DNA of 63,463 nucleotides, filler included, from Octopus bimaculoides (GCF_001194135.2; 4 parts of 3 records of this genome joined end to end with filler, not necessarily neighbours in it), one strand, 5' to 3'; positions 24,750 to 37,715 are shown, counted from the first letter of the whole stretch. A program made the numbers and translations. Notes: generated by a model not told the origin, from the letters alone.

Positions 24750-25500
24750 AGGGAGTCAGCTGCCAAATCAAGCTAAGAAGTTGCTAGCAAGCTTATTGGC
24801 TTCTTTAAAATGATATTACCTTATATCTGCTTTATTTGCATCACTAAGTAGTTAGAAAGAATGTAGGAAAAAAATGATAGAATTCAGTTTAGTTTTGTAC
24901 CAGTATAAAGGTAAATTCTGTCTTAGAAACAATGTTTCTTGTAAAGTATATGCAAGAGCAACACCTGTTACAAACCAAGTGTTATTGATCTTAAATAATA
25001 TTTATTCATTGTAAGATATGGATTTCTTTCTCCGTGGTGAATTTTCCTATATCCACAGATCAAATTTCTTTAAATAATGATACCAAAGCAGAATATCCTG
25101 TGTCACAGGTATGACTGTATGGCTAAGAAGTTTGCTTTGCAACTACCTGGTTTTGGCTTCAATCCCATAGTGCAGTACTATTTAAATATGTCTTCTGTCA
25201 TAGACTTAGGTTAAACAAAACCCTGTGAATTATATTTGGTCAACAGAAACTTTTTTTTTGAGGTGCAAAATATTTAATCCAATTCCTGGTTGAACACTGC
25301 CACTTGACCCATTGGTATCTTTAGCAGAACCCATTTGATTGCTCACATTTGAATCAGGTTTCTAGTTTGAGGATATAATTTCATTTTTTCCTCCCATCAT
25401 TAGAGGAGATCCTGTAATAAGATCATGAGTGCTATCTTCCTTCTGATGATTTAAATTAGAGAAAAAAAGTTAGCATTGAAGAAATTCCACTGAGAGAAGC

Positions 25501-26755
25501 AGCTCCCGCAGACAGCATGACAATGGGATAGAACGCTGGCTATTTGTAGCTGGTAACATCTTGAATCTATGGATCAGAGTAACCAAGTTTCTCTTAAATT
25601 GCATCTTACCATCTGAAAAAATAACTATTTTGAACAGTATAATTCCTGATGAATAGTATGAGAGGGCGCTGTCATGACGAGAATGCTTTTGGTCATAGGT
25701 CTGTTTGATCCGGGTTGACCTGGGGCTAAACAAGAATACCCAAATGAACACAAGCCATTTAGGGAGCTTCAACATGGTCATTCAACTTGTTAGAAATAGC
25801 AATCAAATTTCCTTCAAATAACACCCTGCTGTCTTTAAAAAAAGGGAATGACTGAAGATAATCTAATCATAGATAATAATATGACTGAATATAATCAAGA
25901 GTAGATGGCCATGGATGGATTACATTTGATCATAGGCTTGTTCAGTCATGGCTGACCTAGGGCTAATCATCATTGTAAACAAACCAGCACTAGTCGTCAA
26001 GCTCATCACTGCTTGACAACCAGTGTTGGTTTGTTTACATCTCAGTAACATAGTGGTTCAGTAAAAGAGACCAACAGAATAGATATCAGACTTCGAAACC
26101 CAAATACTTGGGTTGATTTGTTTGATTAAACCCTTCAAGGCAGTGCCCCAGCATGGTTGCAGTCCAATGACTGAAACAAGTAAAAGATGAAACAACAGCA
26201 ACGATTGTATGAACAGTTTCATCCAGTAACCCACTAAATTCCAGAGAGAATGGTATGGTTGCCCACTCAGCAGAAATGTGGTACATATTGAGTCATGACT
26301 GAACAAGCCTATGATCAAATGTAATCCATCCATGGCCATCTACTCTTGAATATTTTAGTCATATCATTATCTATGATTACATTATCTTCAGTGATTCCTT
26401 TTTTCTTTTTTTTAAGACAGCAGGGTGTTATTTGAAGGAAATTTGATTGCTATTTCTATCAGGTTGAACAACAGTGTTGAAGCTCCCTAAATGGCTTGTG
26501 TTCACTTGGTCATTCTTGTTTAGCTCCTGGTCAACCCTGATCAAACTGACCTATGACCAAAAGCATTCTTGTCATGACAGCCCCATCTTATACTCTCCAT
26601 CAAGAACTATACTGTTCAAAATAGTTCTTCCTGTTTTTTTCAGATGGTAAGTTGCAATTTAAGAGAAACATGGTCACTCTGATAGATAGATGCAAGATGT
26701 TACCAGCTGCAAATAGCCAGTGCTCTATTCCATTGTCATGCAGTCTACAGGAGCT
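25501..26755. repeat. Long inverted duplication (arms about 25501-25953 and 26291-26755)
   Basis: The right arm is the reverse complement of the left along its length (e.g. GATCATAGGCTTGTTCAGTCATG / CATGACTGAACAAGCCTATGATC; AAATTTCCTTCAAATAACACCCTGCTGTC / GACAGCAGGGTGTTATTTGAAGGAAATTT). The spacer holds a SINE 3' fragment. Confidence 0.9.
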
Positions 26756-26934
26756 ATGATTCACATCTCATCATTCAACTGACCTCCTATGGTCATTGGT
26801 TAGAATGACTGCGGCTGACTCAGAACCATACAGCAAGGCTGACAACCAAATGACCATCATGACTAGACTGCAATATATTTGTTTACAGTTTGTGATAAAT
26901 GAAAATAGGAGAAACCGGGCAAAATCTAAGTGAA

Positions 26935-26990
26935 AGCCCCAGGACCACCAATGCCTTATGAGTGAAAATTGGTTGATGGAAGCTTGTTAT

Positions 26991-27034
<44 letters not shown>

Positions 27035-27290
27035 CATGCATGTATGCATATATGTATCTGTGTGTGTGTGTATTTGTGCCTGTGTTTGTCCCCACTTGAC
27101 AGCCAGTGTTGGTTTGTCTACATTCCCATAACTTAGTAGTTTGGTAAAAGAGACCAATAGAATAAGTACCAGACTTTAAAAAAAAAAAATAGGTACTGGG
27201 GTTGATTTGTTTGACTAAAACACTTCAAGGCAGTGCTCCAGCATGGCCACAGTTCAGTGACTGAAACAAGTAAAAAGATAAAAGATAAAC
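26935..27290 (+). mobile_element. tRNA/CORE-like microsatellite SINE, 3' two-thirds, CpG-decayed
   Basis: Aligns to 56145-56456, with TpG/CpA at nearly every CpG. Confidence 0.75.
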
Positions 27291-27689
27291 ACATTCTAAG
27301 AAATATCTATAAGGAATCGGCATTTCATGGCAGCGGTTTGAAAATATTGGTTTCATTTGTTCATACTGTGTACAACATCTTGTCTAATATTCTCAACAGC
27401 TCAGAATGACCTTATTCTAACACCTGAATATTAATGGAACTTATTTCATTGATCCAAGAAAAGTAAATTTCAAGAATCTATTTCTTCCACTGTGATGTTT
27501 CAGTTATGTTCGTCTATTATCTGAGTTACCTGAGATGGATATCCAAGTTGATAGACAATTAGCAAACTATTACTTGACGGGTTAGTAGTTGGCACTGTGT
27601 AGTGGTTATGACCAACTCTACTTATCTCTCAAATGGCTCAGTACACATATCTATAAATAGGTACCACATTACTCCCACATCAGGAATAG

Positions 27690-27900
27690 TGCTGCTACTG
27701 CTGCTGCTGTTGATGCTTTACGCCAACATCATAAACCACATCCAGAGAAGTCCACCTCGCTGATTGACATAAAGTCACTCACAGGCATAACTCCAATTCT
27801 CTCCCATAGGCATGTTGTCAAATTGTCTCCTCTCTCTGCCTTTTCTACCTCTACTATAAAGGCTTCTGCTCCTCAAAGCTGGCTGATCTACCACTTTCAT
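27690..27900 (+). mobile_element. Degenerate CR1/L2-group LINE ORF2 C-terminal remnant
   Basis: HIQR..RLIDIKSLT..LSHR..(frameshift)LYYKGFCSSKLADL resembles the CR1-type 'LSHRR..SL..FYRYY.G.CS.EL' tail. Confidence 0.4.
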
Positions 27901-28530
27901 TTAGGTATTTCTGACTCATTTGTTTTTCCTTTTAACATTGTACTTACTGTGTCCAACCAACCTTTCCAAGTCTCACACTAAGCGCTGTTCCTTCATGTTT
28001 TGGAATGCTGGCCTTCTGGTACTCCTCCGCCTCTGTCTTTCCTGTAGATGTTGATTTGCAACACTTTAAGGAAGACATTAAAAGCATTAATCTCTTCTGT
28101 CCAGTAGGTGTGGCTGTGTGGTAAGATGTTTGCCTCCCAACTTCGTGGTTCTGGGTTCAGTCCCATTGTGTGATACCTTGAGTAAATGCTTTCTACTATA
28201 GTCTTGGGCTGACCAAAGCTTTGTGAGCGGTTGTAGCAGATGGAAACTGAAAGAAGCCCACCATGTGTGTGTGTGTGTGTATACATGTGTGTATGTGTGT
28301 ATATGTGTGTGTGTGTGTATATATATAATATATATATNNNNNNNNNNNNNNNNNNNNNNNNNNNNNNNNNNNNNNNNNNNNNNNNNNNNNNNNNNNNNNN
28401 NNNNNNNNNNNNNNNNNNNNNNNNNNNNNNNNNNNNNNNNNNNNNNNNNNNNNNNNNNNNNNNNNNNNNNNNNNNNNNNNNNNNNNNNNNNNNNNNNNNN
28501 NNNNNNNNNNNNNNNNNNNNNNNNNNNNNN

Positions 28531-28570
<40 letters not shown>

Positions 28571-28824
28571 TTGAATAAAGTCAAAACCTGTTCTGGTTTT
28601 CACATTTTTTATTATGATATTTTAACATTAAAAAAATATTTTGTAATGCTCATAAAGTTAAATTACCACTTTCATACATAGTGTAATCATCAAATTTCAA
28701 ATGTGTGTAACTGACAGTTGAGTTCTTGGCAATTTTAGTACCTCTTATAATGCTCCAACAGCATGTTTAAGATACATGCTGATTGGTCAAAAAGGTATAC
28801 TAAAAATTCACACGAATTCAAAAC

Positions 28825-28871
<47 letters not shown>

Positions 28872-29806
28872 GTGTATGTGTGTGTGTGTGTGTGTGGGGT
28901 GGGGTGGGGTGAGTATGTGTATGTTTGTGTCTCCTTGTCTTGACACCATGTGATGGTAATAAGTGACTGTAACTGTCATAGAAGCAGTGTTAGTCATTTC
29001 TAGTATTCTGTGAGAACATTCCTGGCCATAGGGAAATATTACTATGCTTGAAAACACCTGGAAATAGGTGAGCGTTGGCAACAAACAGGGCATCTGGCTG
29101 TCAAAAATCTGCCTCAATCAACCCCATCTGACTCATGTATACTTGGAAAGATGGACATCAAAGCAATGATGAGTTCTAGAGTGCCTCTGATGTCACAAGT
29201 GCTACTTCTTCCCATAGGCTTAGCAAGTTAAGAAAAAAAAGTAAGAACAACCCATTGCTGTTGGCAGTGGTAGCACTATCAAACTGATGAGCAGGTTATT
29301 ACTTTGAACTTTGAGTTTACTCTCATAGCTGTGTCTCTATTTCTGAATAAGTATGAGACTCTGTTCATTCTATTATCTGGTTCCAGAGAAGATGTCTTAC
29401 AGATTTTGTAGGGATAAATTGGAAAATAAATGAGAACTAATCATTCTGGAAAATTTACATCTATGTGTACAGATATTAACTCATGCGTACTTACATTTAT
29501 ACACGCAATAATACCCAGATGTATAAGTATACATGCAAATACACGTAAATACTCATGTACTTTGTTTAAATATACGCATGCAGGTGAAAGGCGGATGTTA
29601 AGCGATATATATGTTCATTCATACATATAAACATTCATGTGTGTCTTGTGTATACATACTTTCTTTTATAATATATGTATCAGAATACGTGTGTGCATAC
29701 TTATATACACACAGCAATACATGTATACATATGTACATTCACACATACATATGCATACACAGGCATGCCACATATATATATACATACACATATGTATATA
29801 CATATA

Positions 29807-29830
29807 TCTATATATATAAAAATGAGAATG

Positions 29831-29873
<43 letters not shown>

Positions 29874-30075
29874 GTGAATCCCTAAAACTCGAGAACTACG
29901 CAACCAATTTCATTCAAATTTTACACATGCCTTACTTAGGGTTCCAGTTGTGTTTTAGTCAAAAAAAATTATTAACTTCTTGCAGAGTTCGAGCCCACGG
30001 CAACATAATATCTCCTCCACTATTTAAGTATTACGTGTCAAAAGTGAAACAAAAACACTCATGTCAAATACTTTC
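29807..30075 (+). mobile_element. Helitron-like non-autonomous element 5' end
   Basis: A|TC-TATATATATAAAAATGAGAATG followed by (GTCT)n and ..CAACCAATTTCATTCAAATTTTACAC, the typical layout of non-autonomous Helitrons; 3' end lost at the scaffold join. Confidence 0.45.
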
Positions 30076-30175
30076 NNNNNNNNNNNNNNNNNNNNNNNNN
30101 NNNNNNNNNNNNNNNNNNNTTAATTAATTAANNNNNNNNNNNNNNNNNNNNNNNNNNNNNNNNNNNNNNNNNNNN
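30076..30175. other. Artificial scaffold join N44-TTAATTAATTAA-N44
   Basis: Exactly 100 bp with a central six-frame-stop 12-mer; identical constructs at 58819-58918 and 61808-61907. Confidence 0.95.
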
Positions 30176-30194
30176 TGAGCAGAATTACCATTCG

Positions 30195-30580
30195 TCTTTT
30201 ACTTCATTCACTGGACTACAGCCATGCCAGGACATCGCCTCGAAGCGTGTTAATCGAGGTAATCAACCCTTGTTTTATTTATTCGGTTTTAAAGCCTAGT
30301 ACTCAATCCAACAGGTGCTCTTACCGAACTGCTAAGTTTGCAGATTGCTAAGCAGTAGTAGGGGACAAACTCAAAAGACACAGACAAAGCACCACTCACA
30401 CAAATATGTACATATACATATATATATATATATACGACGGGCTTCTTTCAGTTTCCGTCTACCAAATCCACTCACAAAGCTTTGGTCGGCCAAGGGCTAT
30501 AGCAGAAGACACTTGCCCAAGGTGCCACGCAGTGGAACTGAACCTTGAACTATGTAGCTGAGAAGCAAACTTCTTAAACA
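30195..30580 (-). mobile_element. tRNA/CORE-like microsatellite SINE, near full length
   Basis: Reverse-complement match to 56145-56456 plus the tRNA-like head at about 30500-30580. Confidence 0.75.
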
Positions 30581-30847
30581 CATTCAATATTTCGCTTTTC
30601 CTACGCATTACAAAGATCTTAAAACTTCCAGTCGTTGGTAATGACGACAAGGGGGTCATAAAAGTTATAACCACAATACTTTTGCTCACAAGTCTGTGTT
30701 CGATCCGACCTAACCTGGGGCAATATAATAAATAACAGGAGCAATTTGTCAACTGAACGATATAGGTCAAACGCTTGTATAGGGTCTATCATTACTGCAA
30801 CCACCACTAACACAACTATTACATAACTACTAATACTACTGCTGCTG

Positions 30848-30911
<64 letters not shown>

Positions 30912-31195
30912 AACATTTCGTATATACAATTTCATATAGAGTCAACTGTATCCGCCACCCAATTACAAATGTCACCATCTCCATAACAACCGCCACCACC
31001 ACTATATTAATACTACTACTACTACTACTACTACTACTATGGCTGCTGCTGCTACTGCTGATACTGCTGCTACTGCTGCTGCTGCCCTGTCCAGGTAAAC
31101 AGTTGCGACGATTGCAGACGATACAAAGTTAAAATGTTAAAATGAATGCGAACATACGTGTACACGCACATACATACATAGTCACACCTTCATAC

Positions 31196-31250
<55 letters not shown>

Positions 31251-31950
31251 NNNNNNNNNNNNNNNNNNNNNNNNNNNNNNNNNNNNNNNNNNNNNNNNNN
31301 NNNNNNNNNNNNNNNNNNNNNNNNNNNNNNNNNNNNNNNNNNNNNNNNNNNNNNNNNNNNNNNNNNNNNNNNNNNNNNNNNNNNNNNNNNNNNNNNNNNN
31401 NNNNNNNNNNNNNNNNNNNNNNNNNNNNNNNNNNNNNNNNNNNNNNNNNNNNNNNNNNNNNNNNNNNNNNNNNNNNNNNNNNNNNNNNNNNNNNNNNNNN
31501 NNNNNNNNNNNNNNNNNNNNNNNNNNNNNNNNNNNNNNNNNNNNNNNNNNNNNNNNNNNNNNNNNNNNNNNNNNNNNNNNNNNNNNNNNNNNNNNNNNNN
31601 NNNNNNNNNNNNNNNNNNNNNNNNNNNNNNNNNNNNNNNNNNNNNNNNNNNNNNNNNNNNNNNNNNNNNNNNNNNNNNNNNNNNNNNNNNNNNNNNNNNN
31701 NNNNNNNNNNNNNNNNNNNNNNNNNNNNNNNNNNNNNNNNNNNNNNNNNNNNNNNNNNNNNNNNNNNNNNNNNNNNNNNNNNNNNNNNNNNNNNNNNNNN
31801 NNNNNNNNNNNNNNNNNNNNNNNNNNNNNNNNNNNNNNNNNNNNNNNNNNNNNNNNNNNNNNNNNNNNNNNNNNNNNNNNNNNNNNNNNNNNNNNNNNNN
31901 NNNNNNNNNNNNNNNNNNNNNNNNNNNNNNNNNNNNNNNNNNNNNNNNNN

Positions 31951-32225
31951 TAAAGCTCCACGAGGCTCCGGCAGGGGATGGTGGCGGACCCTGCTGTACT
32001 CTTTCACCACAACTTTCTCTCACTCTTACTTCCTGTTTCTGTTGTGCCTGTAATTCAAAGGGTCAGCCTTGTCACACTGTGTCACGCTGAATATCCCCGA
32101 TAACTACGTTAAGGGTACACGTGTCTGTGGAGTGCTCAGCCACTTGCACGTTAATTTCACGAGCAGGCTGTTCCGTTGATTGGATCAACTGGAACCCTCG
32201 TCGTCGTAAGCGACGGAGTGCCAAT
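31951..32225 (+). mobile_element. 3' part of the tRNA(Arg)-like SINE family (head in the gap)
   Basis: Closely matches 51442-51712. Confidence 0.85.
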
Positions 32226-32249
32226 AACATGTATGTATGTATGTATGTA

Positions 32250-32525
32250 TGGCGGTATTCGTTCGCATGACTGTTTCAGGGAAAAATAAAGCAAGTGTTC
32301 TTATTTTTATGAGATATATTCGTCAAATTTGGGCCAGTTTGTGACCATGACATGTTCTTTCCATCTCATTCGATGAGTCCGAGTTTGGCCTCAATGACAG
32401 CCACCAGACGACTTCGGAACCAGCTACAGGCCTTCGTCACTATCTCCCGTTTTAGACCCTTGAAAGGCCCTAGTAATCCTGGCCTACAGCTCGTCCTTCG
32501 TGTTGCAGCAGGATTTGGTTGTCTC
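32250..32525 (-). mobile_element. Tc1/mariner (maT/DD37D-like) transposase C-terminal remnant
   Basis: TKSCCNTKDEL*ARITRAF / GLKREIVTKACSWFRSRLVAVIEAKLGLIE* (32366-32525), resembling the 'NTKDELKARI..AC..FRSRLEAV.EA.G' end of DD37D transposases. Confidence 0.6.
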
Positions 32526-32598
32526 TCCTATGTATGTATGTATGTATGTATGTATGTATGTATTCATGCATGCATGGATGTATGCGCGTGCATGCATA

Positions 32599-32693
<95 letters not shown>

Positions 32694-33132
32694 GTGAAGA
32701 CCGGAACTCTGCGGAAGAAACATTCATGGTTCAACGGAGGGGAAAGCGGCTGTAGCTACGTACTGTGGAGTGCGAGAGTAAGGTGAGGCAAGTAAGACTA
32801 TTTTGGTCATCTGCTGCACCCTTTTCCATTCCCAGTCATCTTGACCCTGTCTTACCACATGACTGAAGAAAAAAAATGTGTAGGTGGTATGAGTTATTTC
32901 CCCTGTGTCTTTAAAAAAAAATTAGTTATATAAGTTATATATATAAAGCTCCCTTCCAGGAGCTGTGTTATCGATTTTTTCAACAATCTAAGTATGTTAC
33001 GAGGTTTCCAGACATGAGTTCTACTTACGTGTCAAGTTTTCATCAAAATCAATAAAACGATGTAAGAGGAGTTAGCTAACAACGCCACAAACACATACCG
33101 ATTTTCTACATATGTAGTAGATATACACACGC

Positions 33133-33195
<63 letters not shown>

Positions 33196-33657
33196 TATGT
33201 ATATATACGCACACATACAAATATACACACGTGCGGGGGGGTGTATAACTAAGCAACAAGACAATCTGCAGTAAACAGTCGTAAAAAATGTGAAATTTAA
33301 GGACAAAGTGAAAGTAATTTGCGAGAGACACTGAAAGCAATGGCAATGACATCTCATAATTTTATAAATAGAATATAAAACTCGTTCGTTATATCACGTC
33401 CACAGGCACCTACATGTATATTACTTTTTTGTGATTTGCTATTTCAGAAATGGCAGTTGAGGTACACCGTTCCGATGTACTATACTAAAGAATGAACTCT
33501 ATTGCGAAGGTAATTCGGTGGTTTGCATGTTGATGCATGACAGCCAACATAGTTTACATGTGAGCAATGTAATAATCCTGCATGATTAATGAGCTATACA
33601 GAAAGAACCGACAGGAAACGGTGATATACATACTATATACATTGGTTATGTCACACA

Positions 33658-33874
33658 CGAGGAGTTGCTGAAAAGTTCCTGGCTTTAGGTAAAAGAAAAT
33701 ACAGGAGGATCAGTTAATTATAATTTTATTCAACATATTCCCCTCTTAGATTCACACACTTATTGCAGCGGTCCTTGAGTTTTTCTAAGCCCTGTAAAAG
33801 AATTCGGAATGTTAGGCTTCGAACTAGGCCTTTCACGACACCTTTAAAGCCAGGAACTTTTTAGCATTCCCTCG
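33658..33874. mobile_element. Mariner-derived MITE
   Basis: About 30-bp TIRs CGAGGAGTTGCTGAAAAGTTCCTGGCTTTA / TAAAGCCAGGAACTTTTTAGCATTCCCTCG followed by TA. Confidence 0.8.
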
Positions 33875-33894
33875 TATATATACATATATACATA

Positions 33895-34105
33895 CGAGGG
33901 TGTGTTGAAAGGTTCCTGATTTTAAATAAAAGAAAATACAGGACGATCAGGTAATTATGATTTTATCCAACATATTTCCCTGTCAGATTCACACACTTTG
34001 TAGTGGTCGTTCAGTTTTTCTACACCCTGTAAAAAATTTGGAAGGTTGGGCTTCGAAACAGGCCTTTAGCGGTACCCTTAAAGTCAAGAACTTTTCAACC
34101 CCATT
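33895..34105. mobile_element. Second tandem copy of the same mariner-derived MITE
   Basis: TA|CGAGGGTGTGTTGAAAGGTTCCTG..AAAGTCAAGAACTTTTCAACC; internal sequence colinear with 33658-33874. Confidence 0.75.
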
Positions 34106-34287
34106 CCCCACCCCGCATTGTGCATTCAATATGTTGGTTATGTCACGTACCTTGTTTACATGAAATTATGGGACGCCACTGTCGTCACTTCCGTTTTCGT
34201 CGTCATTTCCATTATTTTAGGACAATTTGTTTTCACATTTTATAACTACCGTAAACTGCATGTTAACCCATAATATTAACGTCTTTG

Positions 34288-34672
34288 GGATCTAGTTCAA
34301 AACGGGAGCACCACTTTTCATTTATGTTTTATGTAGTGTTTTTGGTACCGAAAGACTTTTAAACTTCGTATACTTATCTATTTTGTGTTATAGAACAGAA
34401 AAAAAATTTTGTATTCGAAGTTATTTCATGTAAAAAGTTGTCTTATTTCGATAATTTCAACCAATCACTGACAAGTATTCAGCTGTTTACAGTTACTCCT
34501 TTGGCAGTTTAAGCGCTGTAAAGCATATTTAATCTCCATTACTTCTGACATTTTGCAGAGAGGCAACACACGTGTGTTCGTTTTCCTTCGTTTTATTTTT
34601 AATATAATTTCGTTAACATCTGCCTGAACTGTATGTGTACAACATTTGCCCTAACACTAACCCTAACCCTAA
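34288..34672 (+). mobile_element. GGATC-terminal MITE with internal telomeric repeat (right end lost in a gap)
   Basis: GGATCTAGTTCAAAACGGGAGC.. colinear with 45374; ends CCCTAACACTAACCCTAACCCTAA at the gap. Confidence 0.8.
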
Positions 34673-35401
34673 NNNNNNNNNNNNNNNNNNNNNNNNNNNN
34701 NNNNNNNNNNNNNNNNNNNNNNNNNNNNNNNNNNNNNNNNNNNNNNNNNNNNNNNNNNNNNNNNNNNNNNNNNNNNNNNNNNNNNNNNNNNNNNNNNNNN
34801 NNNNNNNNNNNNNNNNNNNNNNNNNNNNNNNNNNNNNNNNNNNNNNNNNNNNNNNNNNNNNNNNNNNNNNNNNNNNNNNNNNNNNNNNNNNNNNNNNNNN
34901 NNNNNNNNNNNNNNNNNNNNNNNNNNNNNNNNNNNNNNNNNNNNNNNNNNNNNNNNNNNNNNNNNNNNNNNNNNNNNNNNNNNNNNNNNNNNNNNNNNNN
35001 NNNNNNNNNNNNNNNNNNNNNNNNNNNNNNNNNNNNNNNNNNNNNNNNNNNNNNNNNNNNNNNNNNNNNNNNNNNNNNNNNNNNNNNNNNNNNNNNNNNN
35101 NNNNNNNNNNNNNNNNNNNNNNNNNNNNNNNNNNNNNNNNNNNNNNNNNNNNNNNNNNNNNNNNNNNNNNNNNNNNNACACCTCTTGGCTGGTTATTTAA
35201 ATATATGGATGTGTTTGTGTGAAATGATTTGAAAACGTGACTGCATGTATAAAGATGTGCGCGCGCACGATGCAGTTCGTCTGAGAGCGTTTGAATTAAT
35301 GCTATGAACGTATGTGTGTACGATTGTGTTTGAGAGATGTGTGTGCATGTGTATGAAAGAGTATGCACCCACTTCGAGGCTGTGTGAATAAAGGTGCGCG
35401 C

Positions 35402-35441
<40 letters not shown>

Positions 35442-36030
35442 AATATTTCTGCGCGTATGTCTAAGTATAAGGGAGAGAGAGAGAGAGAGAGACAGCGAGA
35501 GACAGAGAGAGAGAGAGAGAGAGATGGGAGACTGTATGTGTATATATGTATGTATACTAGTGTGTATACGTATGTACGCTGCTGACTTCATGAATGCGGT
35601 TGTCTTTGAGCACATTTGCGCGTATTTGAAAGACTATATATATATATATTTGTGTGTGTGTGTGTGTGTGTGTGTGCGTGCGTGCGCGCGTGTGTGTGAG
35701 TGTGTGTGTGTGTGTGTATACTGTTACAGTACACAATTCATTGTCACGTTTAGTAAATATTGACTGGAACAATGATAAACAAAGAAAGGGAGGAAAGAAA
35801 AAGACAAAGAAAAGAGAGGAAGAAAAACAGAAGAAAGGAAGAAAGGAAAGAGAAAAGGCAAGAGAGGTAATAGTATGTGAGTGTGTGTTTCTGTGTGTCT
35901 TTTCACACACACACACACACACACACACGGTAGTGGCGTTCCAGCATGGCCTAAGTGGTGATGGGTAAGGTTAATTACAGAACAAATTTAAAAAAAAAGA
36001 CTATTACACCATAAACCTAGTTCTCACTCT

Positions 36031-36084
<54 letters not shown>

Positions 36085-36993
36085 TGTGTGTGTGTGTGAC
36101 CCGAAGAATGTACTTTTGGATCCTTAGAACTTTTCAGTATGTAGAGAGAACCACCTTTTCCTTGTCTATCTTTGCTGGGTCTTAAACTCGTGTACTGTTG
36201 CCTCTCAGTGGTCTCCCTATACCAGACAAAATATTTGATTTCAAATTTTGGGACAAGGCCAGCAGTTTCGGATGGGTGGGTAAGTCGGTTGCATCGACTC
36301 CAGTCCTCAACTGGTATTTATTTATTTTATCGACCGCGAAAGGATGAAAAGCAAAGTCGGCCACTGTGGGTTCAAATTTTGGCACACTTATTTTATCGAC
36401 ACCGGTANNNNNNNNNNTGACCCGAAGAATGTACTTTTGGATCCTTAGAACTTTTCAGTATGTAGAGAGAACCACCTTTTCCTTGTCTATCTTTGCTGGG
36501 TCTTAAACTCGTGTACTGTTGCCTCTCAGTGGTCTCCCTATACCAGACAAAATATTTGATTTCAAATTTTGGGACAAGGCCAGCAGTTTCGGATGGGTGG
36601 GTAAGTCGGTTGCATCGACTCCAGTCCTCAACTGGTATTTATTTATTTTATCGACCGCGAAAGGATGAAAAGCAAAGTCGGCCACTGTGGGTTCAAATTT
36701 TGGCACACTTATTTTATCGACACCGGTAAGATGAAAGACAAAGTTGACGTCGGTGAGATTTGAACTCAGAATGCAAATAAGTGAAACAAGTACTTCAAGG
36801 CTCAACCTATTTACTCAATCCACCGCCCTAGATTTGACCTCAAGACAAATAACCTGAACCGGAGATGTATCAATAGAGTCAATGGGTGTTTCCCTCTTGA
36901 ACTCTCGAATCAATGAATGCGCGGTAAGCAGTGCAAGTCGAATAAGCATAATAGAGTACGAATAAGAAACCTGATATTGATACATGTTTATAC

Positions 36994-37101
<108 letters not shown>

Positions 37102-37169
37102 TGTGAGTATGTGTATGTGTGTGTCACGTGACCGACTAAGCTGTCAGATGTTACGCATCGCTTTTTGCA

Positions 37170-37372
37170 TTCAAATGACGCCACCCTGCTGGCTAGGGGA
37201 GTAGGCCAACACTCCCCTTCCCTGATCGAAAAGGGGGTACTGGAGCATGATGACATGAAGTGTTTTGCTCAAGAACATAACGCACCGCCCGGTCATGGCG
37301 TCGAACCAACGATCTAGCGATCGTGAGTGCAATTACTAGGCAACCACAAAGCCACGCGCCTTCAGACACGCA
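37170..37372 (-). mobile_element. tRNA-head plus CORE-like SINE (third tail type)
   Basis: Minus strand AGGCGCGTGGCTTTGTGGTT..GGTTCGACGCC..GTTATGTTCTTGAGCAAAACACTTCA..; older relative at about 23250-23455. Confidence 0.65.
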
Positions 37373-37459
37373 CACACAGACACGCGCGCACACACAGACA
37401 CGCGCGCACACACACACACACAGACACGCGCGCGCGTGCACACACACACACGTGTAGTT

Positions 37460-37600
37460 GACAATTTCTTTTCCTTTTCAGATGAAGAGCTACGCTTGAA
37501 ACGTCAAGAACTCTCCTTTTACCGAGCGTTAGGCTAATACATTCTTTGTGCACATCCCCTTGTCTGTTAATTCTATTTATTCCTTTATATATATATATAT
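37460..37600 (+). mobile_element. Penelope-like terminal-repeat fragment ending in (TA)n, with a hammerhead-like motif
   Basis: TTTT-CAGATGA-A-GAGC-tac-GCTT-GAAACGTC-AAGA (37475-37509), then CCGAGCGTTAGGCTAATACA; homologous to 41065-41252. Confidence 0.6.
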
Positions 37601-37715
37601 ATATGTACACCGGAGTAAGCACATAAAATGTGCAACAAGGTGGAAAAAAGAGTACTCAAATACCAGAGGTAGAGTAATATGCTTTATTTAAAAGCAGCAG
37701 AAATATAACAAAAGA

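Noticed and set aside
29290-29340. Minus-strand HSYESKLK resembling the next CP2 exon (GQSYEIKLK)
   Set aside because: No AG acceptor in the required phase, no polypyrimidine tract, and similarity stops after 8 residues.
30120-30131. TTAATTAATTAA palindrome occurring three times
   Set aside because: Always centred in a 100-bp N44-12-N44 block; an assembly linker, not biological sequence.
36099-36727. Apparent perfect 310-bp tandem duplication
   Set aside because: Identical sequence on both sides of a 10-N gap, i.e. unmerged overlapping contig ends (or haplotigs).
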